Assembly: GCA_951812825.1 (NCBI GenBank)
Contig: OX638324.1
Coordinates: 2,331,141 to 2,395,140, forward strand
Direction: 5' to 3'
Source of the DNA: an uncultured Dehalococcoidia bacterium
GTDB lineage: Bacteria; Chloroflexota; Dehalococcoidia; Lucifugimonadales; GCA-2712585
Length of the DNA: 64,000 nucleotides
Shown here: positions 18,131-26,052 of the stretch, piece after piece
Numbering within the stretch: position 1 is the stretch's first letter
Layout of the letters: every line of letters begins with the position of its first letter
Notes under the pieces: model-generated
Database searches by the model: none
What the model was told of the DNA's origin: nothing
Seen by the model: the letters and a program-made list of their open reading frames with translations, nothing else
Position numbers and translations under genes: made by a program

Positions 18131-18988
18131 CTAGGGGTTGGTGATGCGGTGGGCGTGGGTAAGGGTGGGGTTGCTGGGCTGGGACGAGGTTATGAAGAAA
18201 CTGTAGCCCTGTTCCAGCTGTCGTTCCAGTTCTTCGGGGCTGCCGGAGACGGCGCCGCAGGGGACGCCGAACTCGTTGCAGGTGTTGAGGGTGGAGAGGA
18301 GTGCTGCTTGCACTTCGGGGTCTTGGGGGTTGCCGGCAGCGCCCATGGTCACGGAGAGGTCGCCGGGGCCTGCAAGGACGCCGCCGATGCCCTTAACTTC
18401 GCGGAGAATATCGGGGAGATTTTTCACGCCTTTGGCGGACTCGCAGATGGCCATGAGGAAGATTTCGCCGTCGGGGTCGAGGGACCAGAGGCCGGCGGAG
18501 TCGTAGTATTCAGGGACGGATAGGCCCCAGAAGCGGGCAGCGGCGGTCGGACTCCAGCCACGTTCTCCCCAGGGGTGTTTCGCGCCGCGCTTCTGGGGAT
18601 ATCGGCAGGCGAGGACGGCGGCGCGGGCTGCTTCGACGGTTTCCACCTTTGGAAGGAGGACGCCGTAGACGCCGTGGTCGAGGGTCTGCTTGACGACCCA
18701 CTGGTTCATTTCGCCGGTGTTTGGGGCGACGCGGACCAGGGGAGTAGGGTTGGCCTGCAGACTGCCCTGGTCGACGATGGCCTTTCGGTTAAAGAAGAAC
18801 TGGAGGGAGACCTTCAGTTGAGTGAAGTCCATGCCGACGTGTTCATTTTCGATGAAGACGAAGTCGTAACCAGCGGTGGCGGCGTGGGCAATTTCGTCGA
18901 GGTTGCCGTTGTAGACGTGGGTGCCGAAGGCGGGTTTTCCTTCCTCGAGGAGTTGGATGAGGCGGTTGAGTCTGGGTTTGTGTGGCAT
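18131..18988 (-). CDS. HpcH/HpaI-family class II aldolase
   Basis: 285 aa. The N-terminal pattern is RLNRLIQLLEEGKPAFGTHVYNGNLDEIAHAATAGYDFVFIENEHVGMDF. It is divergent from a CoA-transferase gene. Confidence 0.8.
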   Translation of the reverse strand: MPHKPRLNRLIQLLEEGKPAFGTHVYNGNLDEIAHAATAGYDFVFIENEHVGMDFTQLKVSLQFFFNRKAIVDQGSLQANPTPLVRVAPNTGEMNQWVVKQTLDHGVYGVLLPKVETVEAARAAVLACRYPQKRGAKHPWGERGWSPTAAARFWGLSVPEYYDSAGLWSLDPDGEIFLMAICESAKGVKNLPDILREVKGIGGVLAGPGDLSVTMGAAGNPQDPEVQAALLSTLNTCNEFGVPCGAVSGSPEELERQLEQGYSFFITSSQPSNPTLTHAHRITNP

Positions 18989-19137
18989 GGATTGGCCTGC
19001 TTTTCGGATAAATTGGTTGTGTCATCATACGTTGGGTGGATATGGCAGTCAAAGGGCGGTTTCGATGGCCTCTGGGGCTGTGATAGGATAATTGTGGTTG
19101 GATTTTAGACATTTTGAGCCGTCGAGAGGTGATGGTT

Positions 19138-20364
19138 ATGAGTTTGCCGAAAGGGGCTTTGGATGGGATCCGAGTGTTGGACCTGGGGCGATATCAGGCG
19201 GGGCCGCGGGCGAGCCTGGTTATGGCACGGTTGGGCGCGGAGGTAATCAAGGTGGAGGGGCCGGGGGGCGATGAGAGCCGCGACCACGGGCCTTTCGTGC
19301 GGGGTCAGAGCGCCTACTGGGTGCAGTACAACAGCGGCAAGAAGAGCCTGGGTCTGAATCTTCGCACGGAGGAAGGGAAGGAAGTGCTACGGGGGTTGGT
19401 GAAGGTTTCGGACATACTGGTGCAGAATTTTCGGCCTGGGACCATCGCCAAGATGGGCTTTTCCTACGAGAACCTTCGGAAGCTTAACAAGGGCATCATC
19501 ATGGTCAACGTTTCGGCTTACGGGCAGTACGGGCCGTACAGCAGCCGGATCGGGTTCGACCCCATCGGGCAGGCCATAAGCGGGATGATGATGTTGACGG
19601 GGTTTGAGGGAATGCCGCCGATAACTACGGCGAACCCGATTATTGATCGGATCACTTCGCTGCACGCCTGCATCGGCGCGCTGGCGGCGTTGCACGAGCG
19701 GGAGACTTCGGGCGAGGGACAGTGCGTGGACGTGTGCCTGGCGGATACGGGTTACACGATGACGGAGATCCAGTGCAGCGCGTTTCTGGGGTCTGGGGAG
19801 GATACTCCGAGGAAGGGGAACGGAAAGGGGACGAGCAACGTTTACCAGGCATCCGACGGGTGGGTGCTGCTATCGGCGCAGAGCAACAACATTTGGCCGC
19901 GATTCTGTGGGGTGGTTGGCAAGCCCGAATGGGCGGAGGACCCGCGATTCGCCACCCGGTCGTCGCGGGATGCCAATGCGGACGCCATAACGGAGGAGCT
20001 GGAGGGGTGGTTTCGGAGCCGGACCGTTGCAGAGGCGGTGGGGGTTATCGCGGACGTGGGTATCCCGTGCCAGGCGGTGAACCGGATACCGGAGGCGGCG
20101 ACGGACCCGCACCTGCACGAGCGGGAGATACTGAAGGAGGTGCCGGACCCTGTGGCGGGATCGATTCACGTTTCGGGGAAGAACATCAAACTGAGTCGAA
20201 GCGGGGCGGTTGTGGGGTCAGCGCCGACGGCGGGACAGCATACGCGGGAGATATTGACGTCTTTGTTGGGGTATTCGGACGATAAGATCGACGGGTTGGA
20301 GTCGACGGGGGCGTTGTACACGGGGTTGGAGGCGCGGGAGGCGGTGACGCCGCAGGATGAGTAG
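19138..20364 (+). CDS. Family III (CaiB/BaiF) CoA-transferase
   Basis: Motifs GIRVLDLGRYQAGPRASLVMARLGAEVIKVEGPGGD and GFDPIGQAISGMMMLTG. Alternative starts are 19114 (TTG) and 19132 (ATG). Confidence 0.85.
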   Translation: MSLPKGALDGIRVLDLGRYQAGPRASLVMARLGAEVIKVEGPGGDESRDHGPFVRGQSAYWVQYNSGKKSLGLNLRTEEGKEVLRGLVKVSDILVQNFRPGTIAKMGFSYENLRKLNKGIIMVNVSAYGQYGPYSSRIGFDPIGQAISGMMMLTGFEGMPPITTANPIIDRITSLHACIGALAALHERETSGEGQCVDVCLADTGYTMTEIQCSAFLGSGEDTPRKGNGKGTSNVYQASDGWVLLSAQSNNIWPRFCGVVGKPEWAEDPRFATRSSRDANADAITEELEGWFRSRTVAEAVGVIADVGIPCQAVNRIPEAATDPHLHEREILKEVPDPVAGSIHVSGKNIKLSRSGAVVGSAPTAGQHTREILTSLLGYSDDKIDGLESTGALYTGLEAREAVTPQDE

Positions 20365-20374
20365 GGGATTAGGG

Positions 20375-21196
20375 TCAGCCGGTTCGTTGGGCGTCGACTT
20401 CCGCCAAGAATCCGAGGACGGCGCGATTGAAGGCTTCCGGCTGGTCCAGGTTGGAGAGGTGGCCGGCGTTGGGGATGATTTTCAGTTGGGAGCCGGCGAT
20501 TTTCTCGTGGATGAGCTTGCAGGCCTCACGGGCAGGGTCTTCGTCGCCGGAAAGAACGAGGGTGGGGGCTCGGATGGCCGAGAGGATGTTGGAATCGAAT
20601 TCGGGGTGGACGGTGGCGAGGGTGCTGTAGGCGTATCCAACGGGGTCAAGCACGGCGTACATCTCGCGGATGGCGCGTTCGCCTTCGGGGCCGGAGTTGG
20701 CGGTACGGCTGATGTTGGGGTTGTGTCGGATGGAGTAATCGGCGACGGCGTCCATCCCTTCGGATAGGGCGAGTTCTACGATGCGGTGTCGCATACGCAG
20801 GGCAGCGGGAGGGGTTGGGAGGCCGGATGCGGAGGCGGAGTCGATGACGACGAGGGCGGCGGTGCGGTGGGGAAATAGGAGAGCGAAGCGGGTCGAGATG
20901 CCGCCACCCATGGACAGGCCGCCGACGTAGGCTTTTTCGATGCCGAGGTGGTCGAGGAGGGCGAGGAGGTCGTAGGCGGAGTTGCCGCTGCCGTACTGGT
21001 CTAGATTGGGCGGACTGTCGGACTGCCCGTGGCCGCGGGGGTCCCAGATGATGAAGCGATACTTCTTCGAGAATTCGGGGACCTGTCCGTACCATTCGGT
21101 GGTGTTGCCGCCGAGGCCGTAGGCGAAGACCAGGGGGAAGCCTTGGCCGTAGCTTTCGTAGTGGATGTGAACTCCGTTGAGAAGGGCGGTGGGCAT
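20375..21196 (-). CDS. Alpha/beta-fold hydrolase
   Basis: The preferred start is ATG 21196 (MPTALLNGVHIHYESYGQG), preceded by GGAGGAAG. It has the nucleophile elbow GLSMGG and a C-terminal NAGHLSNLDQPE histidine context. Confidence 0.8.
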   Translation of the reverse strand: MPTALLNGVHIHYESYGQGFPLVFAYGLGGNTTEWYGQVPEFSKKYRFIIWDPRGHGQSDSPPNLDQYGSGNSAYDLLALLDHLGIEKAYVGGLSMGGGISTRFALLFPHRTAALVVIDSASASGLPTPPAALRMRHRIVELALSEGMDAVADYSIRHNPNISRTANSGPEGERAIREMYAVLDPVGYAYSTLATVHPEFDSNILSAIRAPTLVLSGDEDPAREACKLIHEKIAGSQLKIIPNAGHLSNLDQPEAFNRAVLGFLAEVDAQRTG

Positions 21197-21283
21197 GGAA
21201 ACTTCCTCCGAGGGTGGTGTGCTGGAATCAGTATAGCATTGTGGGCAGCCGACACTTCCTTCGTGAAGAAAAATGAAGGCAAC

Positions 21284-21311
21284 AAAAAAGAAGCCTTGCG
21301 GCTTCCTTTTC
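21284..21311 (-). terminator. Intrinsic terminator reading on the minus strand
   Basis: GAAGCC-TTGC-GGCTTC hairpin (21290-21305). On the minus strand it is followed by TTTTTTGTT. No protein gene ends here, so it would terminate the RNA candidate at 21312-21479. Confidence 0.5.
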
Positions 21312-21479
21312 GTCAACGCTATCGGGTCCGAACCTGGGTTTGGTTACCAAATAGGTCCTGGGTTGGACCCTGCACAGGGCGATGGTAGGCATTTGCCCGA
21401 ACCCGACGGCTGAGTGGTTGTTGATGTTAGGGCGCTATTAAAGCGTCGAATCCAGACAGATGCCTACCATCGCCCTCTT
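21312..21479 (-). ncRNA. Candidate structured non-coding RNA of unknown family
   Basis: A 17-bp perfect inverted repeat pairs 21376-21392 with 21460-21476 and extends to about 20 bp with G-U pairs, enclosing 67 nt. A second composite hairpin (GGGTCC/GGACCC, AACC/GGTT, TTTGG/CCAAA) lies at about 21325-21370. A terminator follows. There is no credible ORF. Confidence 0.3.
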
Positions 21480-21662
21480 AGTTAAACTATGTTCCATACG
21501 TCACCTCCTTCGGCTGTTGGAGCCCTGTCAAAATTCCGCGCGAGCGGTAGGATCATGGTAAATCGGGAGAGGGAGGCGTGTCAAGGGGATGGGGGAGGGT
21601 GGGGGAGAGATTTGGAGGTGGGGAAACTCCAAGTTTCGACCCTCACATCCCTGATGTGTAAA

Positions 21663-21672
21663 GTGTATACAC
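21663..21672. promoter_or_regulatory. Palindrome GTGTATACAC just upstream of vapB, a candidate autoregulatory operator
   Basis: Perfect 10-bp palindrome 27 nt upstream of the vapB ATG (21699). Confidence 0.3.
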
Positions 21673-21698
21673 ACAATGTCGAAATAAGTGGGACAGAG

Positions 21699-21974
21699 AT
21701 GGCAAGGGTACAGGTAATAATCCCAGGCGAAGATCAGGATCGGTTCGTGAGGCAGGCACGGAAATAAGGTCTTAGCTTCAGCGCTTGGCTGAGCGAGGCG
21801 GCCAAAGAACGTCTGCGAGCGCGGCAAAGAGACGAACGGTTCAAGTCCGTAGAAGATTTGACTCGGTTCTTTGAGGAATGCGATGCCAGGCAGGGGCCGG
21901 GGGTGGAGCCGGACTGGGAAGAGCATAAGCGCGTAATCGGAGAATCTCTAATGCGCGGGCTGCCGAAGACATGA
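21699..21974 (+). pseudogene. vapB: VapB-type (ribbon-helix-helix) antitoxin interrupted by an in-frame TAA
   Basis: The reading is MARVQVIIPGEDQDRFVRQARK-TAA(21765-21767)-GLSFSAWLSEAAKERLRARQ...SLMRGLPKT. It is one frame throughout and ends in an ATGA overlap with vapC. Confidence 0.6.
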
Positions 21975-22369
21975 TTGTTGTAGACACCAATCTCTTCATA
22001 TACGCGGTAGGCAGGCCCCATCCTCTGGGTTCGCGCGCCCGCGATTTCTTCAACGCTGCTCTCCGGAATTCTCATCCGCTTTGCGCGTCTGCGGAAGTGT
22101 TGCAGGAGTTGCTGCATGCGTATTTGCCCATTGGAAGGACGGGGACGTTCGCAGATGCCATTGACTTGATTTGCCGAGCCGGGGTTGAGATATGGACGCT
22201 AGACGAAGAGGACGTGATTTTAGCGCGGGGACTCTACAAACAATATCCAATGCTGGAGGTGAGGGACTTGTGCCATCTGGCAAGCTGCCGAAGGCGTGGT
22301 GTAGTAGAACTTAAGACGTTTGACAAAAAGCTGGAGAAGGTGGGCACTGAGGTCTTGGGTGGCGGTTGA
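21971..22369 (+). CDS. vapC: PIN-domain toxin VapC
   Basis: 132 aa. It has MIVVDTNLFIYA (the first acidic PIN residue) and later conserved acidic positions. Its start overlaps the vapB stop (ATGA). Confidence 0.85.
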   Translation: MIVVDTNLFIYAVGRPHPLGSRARDFFNAALRNSHPLCASAEVLQELLHAYLPIGRTGTFADAIDLICRAGVEIWTLDEEDVILARGLYKQYPMLEVRDLCHLASCRRRGVVELKTFDKKLEKVGTEVLGGG

Positions 22370-22548
22370 AGTAGAAGGCTTGAACGGAGACAGCGAATAG
22401 CGATTATTCTTCGTCTTCCCTTGCGTTGAATGGGGGAAGGGGGTGGTGTTATAGTTGCGCTAATTATCCGCAAACGTTAGGGCGCATGGGGTAGTCGGCT
22501 TGGAGTAGGGTGCGTTGTTGCGATTTCCATTGTAATAAGGGTGCGTAG

Positions 22549-24801
22549 TTGAAGTTCTTGTCTACGGAGTTTTGGGCCAGGGTTTGCTCTCGCAAACCGT
22601 TGTTGGTGTTGGGCGTTTGGGGGGTGCTGGTGCTCATCGGCGGGGCGTTGGCGGTGGACGGCGAGCTGGGGCCGGGTAAGCAGTTCGCGGACTTTCTGAA
22701 GCCGGCGACAACCACTGAATTGAAGCTCACGGGGGCGGCTGAATCGTCGCAGGCGGAGAGTTTGCTGGAGGAGCGGGGCGGTCAGACGATGCCGTTGAGG
22801 GAGATTGTCATCGTCCAGTCGGACGTTCATACAGTGGACGCCCCTGAGTTTCGCACAAAGGTTGAGGTGCTTTATCACGAACTAATCGTGTTGGGGGCGG
22901 AGGTGGCGATACCGGAGCGGAGCTACTATACGACTACCCCGCCAGACGAGAATCTGGTGTCTGCTGACCGGATGACCACGTTTATGACGGTGGTGATGGC
23001 GGGGGACTATGTGGAGGCGGTGAAGAACGTGGAGAGCGTTCTGGAGGTGGTTGCGGAGTCCAACGTAGCAGACAGCTTCCGTGTTCTAACGGTTGGAGAC
23101 GCGAGCATTGCTTTTGAGCAGAACGAGCTGGCGGAGAAGGACTTGAGGCAGGGAGAGCGGATTGGCATACCTGTTGCGTTGGTGATTCTGGTGGTGTTGT
23201 TCGGCACGGTTGCCGCTGTGATTATGCCTATTGGGTTATCCATAATAGGGATTATAGTTGCGATGGGCATTGCGGCGCTCATTGGGCAGACTTTCGACCT
23301 GGTCTTCTTTGTGACGCTGATGATAGTGATGATCGGGCTGGCGGTGGGCATTGACTATTCGATATTGATAATCTCGCGGTTCAGGGACGAGAGGGCGCGG
23401 GGTCGGAACAAGCTGGAGGCGATTGAGCGGGCGGGGGCGACGGCGGGGCGAACGGTGATGTTCAGCGGGTTGACGGTTGTAATTGCCCTGCTTGGGATGC
23501 TCATTGTTCCGTTTTCGTTCTTCCAGTCGCTGGGGATCGGGGCGATACTGGTGGTGCTGGTGGCGCTTTCGGCGACGTTCACCTTCCTGCCGGCGAGCCT
23601 AGCGGTGTTCGGGGACCACTTGGAGAGACTGCCTGTGCCGTTCTTCGGCAGGAAGTCGACGGAGGCGGTGCAGGGCGAGGGAGCTCCTAAGGACGGGTTC
23701 TGGGAAGGGGTAACGCGACTGGTGATGCGATATCCGCTCATCAGCATCGTTGTCGTGGGAGTGCCTATGGTGTTTGTGACACTCTTCTACTTCCAGTGGC
23801 CGGGCATCAACACAGGGCTCAACGGGGTGGATGTGTTCCCCGAGGGGGCGGAGACACGGGAAGCGTTCTTTGTGATGGAGGAGGAGTTCTCCTTTGGGCT
23901 GGTCAACCCGACGGACGTGGTGATAGATGGGGAAGCCGGCCACCCGGCGGTGCAGGGGGCAATTGTGCAGCTTCTAACGTCGCTGTCCGCGCATCCCGGG
24001 GTGACGGTATTCCCGGTTCCGGTTGTTAACGAGGCGCAGGACCTGACCCATCTTTCGGTGTTCATCAACGGGGAGTCGAGAAGTCAGGAGGCGGTGGACG
24101 TGGTGACGGCCATACGGGAGGAGTACGTCCCTCAGGCTTTCGATGGGGTTGACGCCGAGGTCTTGGTGGGCGGCGTGACGGCGGTGGTTGCGGACACTTT
24201 CTCGATTGTGGACAGGTACACGCCCATTGTGTTCGCCTTTGTGCTGGGGTGCAGCTTCCTGATACTTATGCTGGTTTTCCGGTCGATAGTCATTCCCATC
24301 AAGGCCGTGTTCATGAATCTGCTGTCGGTGGGCGCCGCATACGGGTTGATTGTGCTGGTGTTCCAGAAGGGCATCGGCGCGGACTTGCTGGGATTCCAAC
24401 ACGCCGAGGTCATCGACGCGTGGATACCGCTGTTCCTGTTTTCGATACTGTTTGGGCTGTCTATGGACTACCACGTGTTCCTGCTGAGCCGCATCCGGGA
24501 GCGGTACGACCAGACGGGGAACAACCGGGAGGCGGTGGCCCACGGTCTGCGGTCTACGGCGGGGATAATCACGGGCTGCGCTCTGATTATGGTGGCGGTA
24601 TTCGGCGCCTTTGCATCGGGCGACACGATAATCAACCAGCAGGTGGGGTTCGGGCTGGCGGTGGCCGTTTTGCTGGATGCGACGCTTGTGAGGTCGGTGC
24701 TGGTGCCGGCAAGCATGGAGTTTCTGGGTCGTCGAAACTGGTACCTGCCTTCGTTCCTCAGGTGGCTGCCAGACGTGCGGGTGGAACCGGAGGAGGACTA
24801 G
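22549..24801 (+). CDS. MMPL-family (RND superfamily) membrane transporter
   Basis: 750 aa with two 6-TM bundles and two periplasmic loops. GLAVGIDYSILIISRFRDE and GLSMDYHVFLLSRIRE are the duplicated MMPL signature. Confidence 0.85.
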   Translation: MKFLSTEFWARVCSRKPLLVLGVWGVLVLIGGALAVDGELGPGKQFADFLKPATTTELKLTGAAESSQAESLLEERGGQTMPLREIVIVQSDVHTVDAPEFRTKVEVLYHELIVLGAEVAIPERSYYTTTPPDENLVSADRMTTFMTVVMAGDYVEAVKNVESVLEVVAESNVADSFRVLTVGDASIAFEQNELAEKDLRQGERIGIPVALVILVVLFGTVAAVIMPIGLSIIGIIVAMGIAALIGQTFDLVFFVTLMIVMIGLAVGIDYSILIISRFRDERARGRNKLEAIERAGATAGRTVMFSGLTVVIALLGMLIVPFSFFQSLGIGAILVVLVALSATFTFLPASLAVFGDHLERLPVPFFGRKSTEAVQGEGAPKDGFWEGVTRLVMRYPLISIVVVGVPMVFVTLFYFQWPGINTGLNGVDVFPEGAETREAFFVMEEEFSFGLVNPTDVVIDGEAGHPAVQGAIVQLLTSLSAHPGVTVFPVPVVNEAQDLTHLSVFINGESRSQEAVDVVTAIREEYVPQAFDGVDAEVLVGGVTAVVADTFSIVDRYTPIVFAFVLGCSFLILMLVFRSIVIPIKAVFMNLLSVGAAYGLIVLVFQKGIGADLLGFQHAEVIDAWIPLFLFSILFGLSMDYHVFLLSRIRERYDQTGNNREAVAHGLRSTAGIITGCALIMVAVFGAFASGDTIINQQVGFGLAVAVLLDATLVRSVLVPASMEFLGRRNWYLPSFLRWLPDVRVEPEED

Positions 24802-24841
24802 AGTTTAGAATATGGATATGCGAATTGGCGCGAAGTAAGGA

Positions 24842-26020
24842 ATGAACGAAGAGGGTATGTTCATACCATCAGCCTACATAGCGGGTTACGAGAAGGCCCG
24901 TCTTGAGGACGAAGAAGCTGCGAGGAATTACATTGCGCACACCACGATAGGCGACCCTCAGATGGATGCGCTGGTGGAAGAGCTGTCGTCGCTGCCGCAG
25001 GACCAGGTCCATCGATTCATTCATGCGGGCATGGAGGAGGACCGGGAGGGTATGAGAGAGGCGCCGCAAATGCTGCGCGACTTTTTCCTTGATGCACCAC
25101 AGCCGGACCCGGACTGGCTTGACTATGACGGCTTTGGACCGGGAATACGAGCCTTTCAAAGAAACGCGGTTGAAGTTCTCTCGGCATTTGTGGCCGGGGT
25201 GTTGATAGACGGATTTTCGACGCTGATAAGCAAGTCTTTCGTGCAAACGGGACGCATTTTCGATAATGGGGTCTGGCGACTGAAGCAGAACAACCGGCAT
25301 CAGGTGGAGATATTCTGGCCCGACGGACTGAAAAGACATGGCGACGGATGGAAGCTGTCGGTCCGGATCCGGTTCGTGCACGCCCAGGTGAGACGGTTAC
25401 TGGCACATAGCCCAGAATGGGAGCACGACGCCTGGGGCGTGCCTATCAGCGCGGCACATGTGGGATATGCGGTGTCCTGCTTCGCAGCGCGCGCAGTCAA
25501 ACACTCGCAGTCACTGGGAGCTCGCTACAGCAGAGAGGAGCGCGCCAGCTTCCACGACGTTTGGCGCTACTCCGGCTACCTGATGGGCATTCCTGAAACG
25601 ATCCTCTTCACTGATGAGAGTCACGCGCTGAACTTGTACCGAATAGGCTCAATGTGCGAGCCACCTCCGACCCAAGATGCAATCATCATGACGAATGCGT
25701 TGATCAACTCGGCTCCGCTGGTGGCGGGGATTGAGGCACCGGAAGCGCGGAGGAAGTTGGTGGAGAAGGTGATCTACCCTGTGTCTCGGGCGCTTATAGG
25801 GGATAAATTGGCCGACGAGCTGAATTTTCCCAAGAAGGGGATGCCCTTTCCCTTGCTTGCTTACAAGCTTGAGCAGCGTTTTCAGAGATTAAAGGGGCGG
25901 TTGCGAAGACGAGGAGGCGGGAATTTTTCGACGCTCTTAGTGGCGTCAGCCTATGGGGACGCCGGCATGAGCTATCGGCTGCCGGACCACGCGCACGCGG
26001 AGGAGTCTGGGAAGTGGTGA
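24842..26020 (+). CDS. MpaB/DUF2236-family putative oxygenase
   Basis: 392 aa with GDPQMDALVEEL near the N-terminus and VRIRFVHAQVRRLL...WGVPISAAHVGY, resembling the DUF2236 core. G+C is visibly lower than in neighbouring genes. Confidence 0.55.
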   Translation: MNEEGMFIPSAYIAGYEKARLEDEEAARNYIAHTTIGDPQMDALVEELSSLPQDQVHRFIHAGMEEDREGMREAPQMLRDFFLDAPQPDPDWLDYDGFGPGIRAFQRNAVEVLSAFVAGVLIDGFSTLISKSFVQTGRIFDNGVWRLKQNNRHQVEIFWPDGLKRHGDGWKLSVRIRFVHAQVRRLLAHSPEWEHDAWGVPISAAHVGYAVSCFAARAVKHSQSLGARYSREERASFHDVWRYSGYLMGIPETILFTDESHALNLYRIGSMCEPPPTQDAIIMTNALINSAPLVAGIEAPEARRKLVEKVIYPVSRALIGDKLADELNFPKKGMPFPLLAYKLEQRFQRLKGRLRRRGGGNFSTLLVASAYGDAGMSYRLPDHAHAEESGKW

Positions 26021-26052
26021 TGGGGGGCACTATTTAGTAGGAAGCGAAAGTC

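Noticed and set aside
18131-20364. Assigning the HpcH aldolase plus CoA-transferase pair to a specific pathway (itaconate, citramalyl-CoA or 3-hydroxypropionate bicycle)
   Set aside because: The aldolase N-terminus looks like the HpaI-type pyruvate aldolases acting on free acids rather than CitE-like acyl-CoA lyases. Substrate specificity of CaiB paralogs cannot be read from sequence by eye.
21376-21476. The 17-bp inverted repeat pair as the termini of a miniature transposable element (MITE)
   Set aside because: No target-site duplication flanks it (GCAC versus CTTA). No second copy exists in the window. The ends are unrelated to the IS481-like termini. This cannot be fully excluded without the whole genome.
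21312-21479. tmRNA, because of the CUGGAUUCGACG string on the minus strand
   Set aside because: There is no acceptor stem, no T-arm/CCA end, no tag-peptide reading frame, and the element is only about half the size of a tmRNA. It is kept only as an unclassified RNA candidate.
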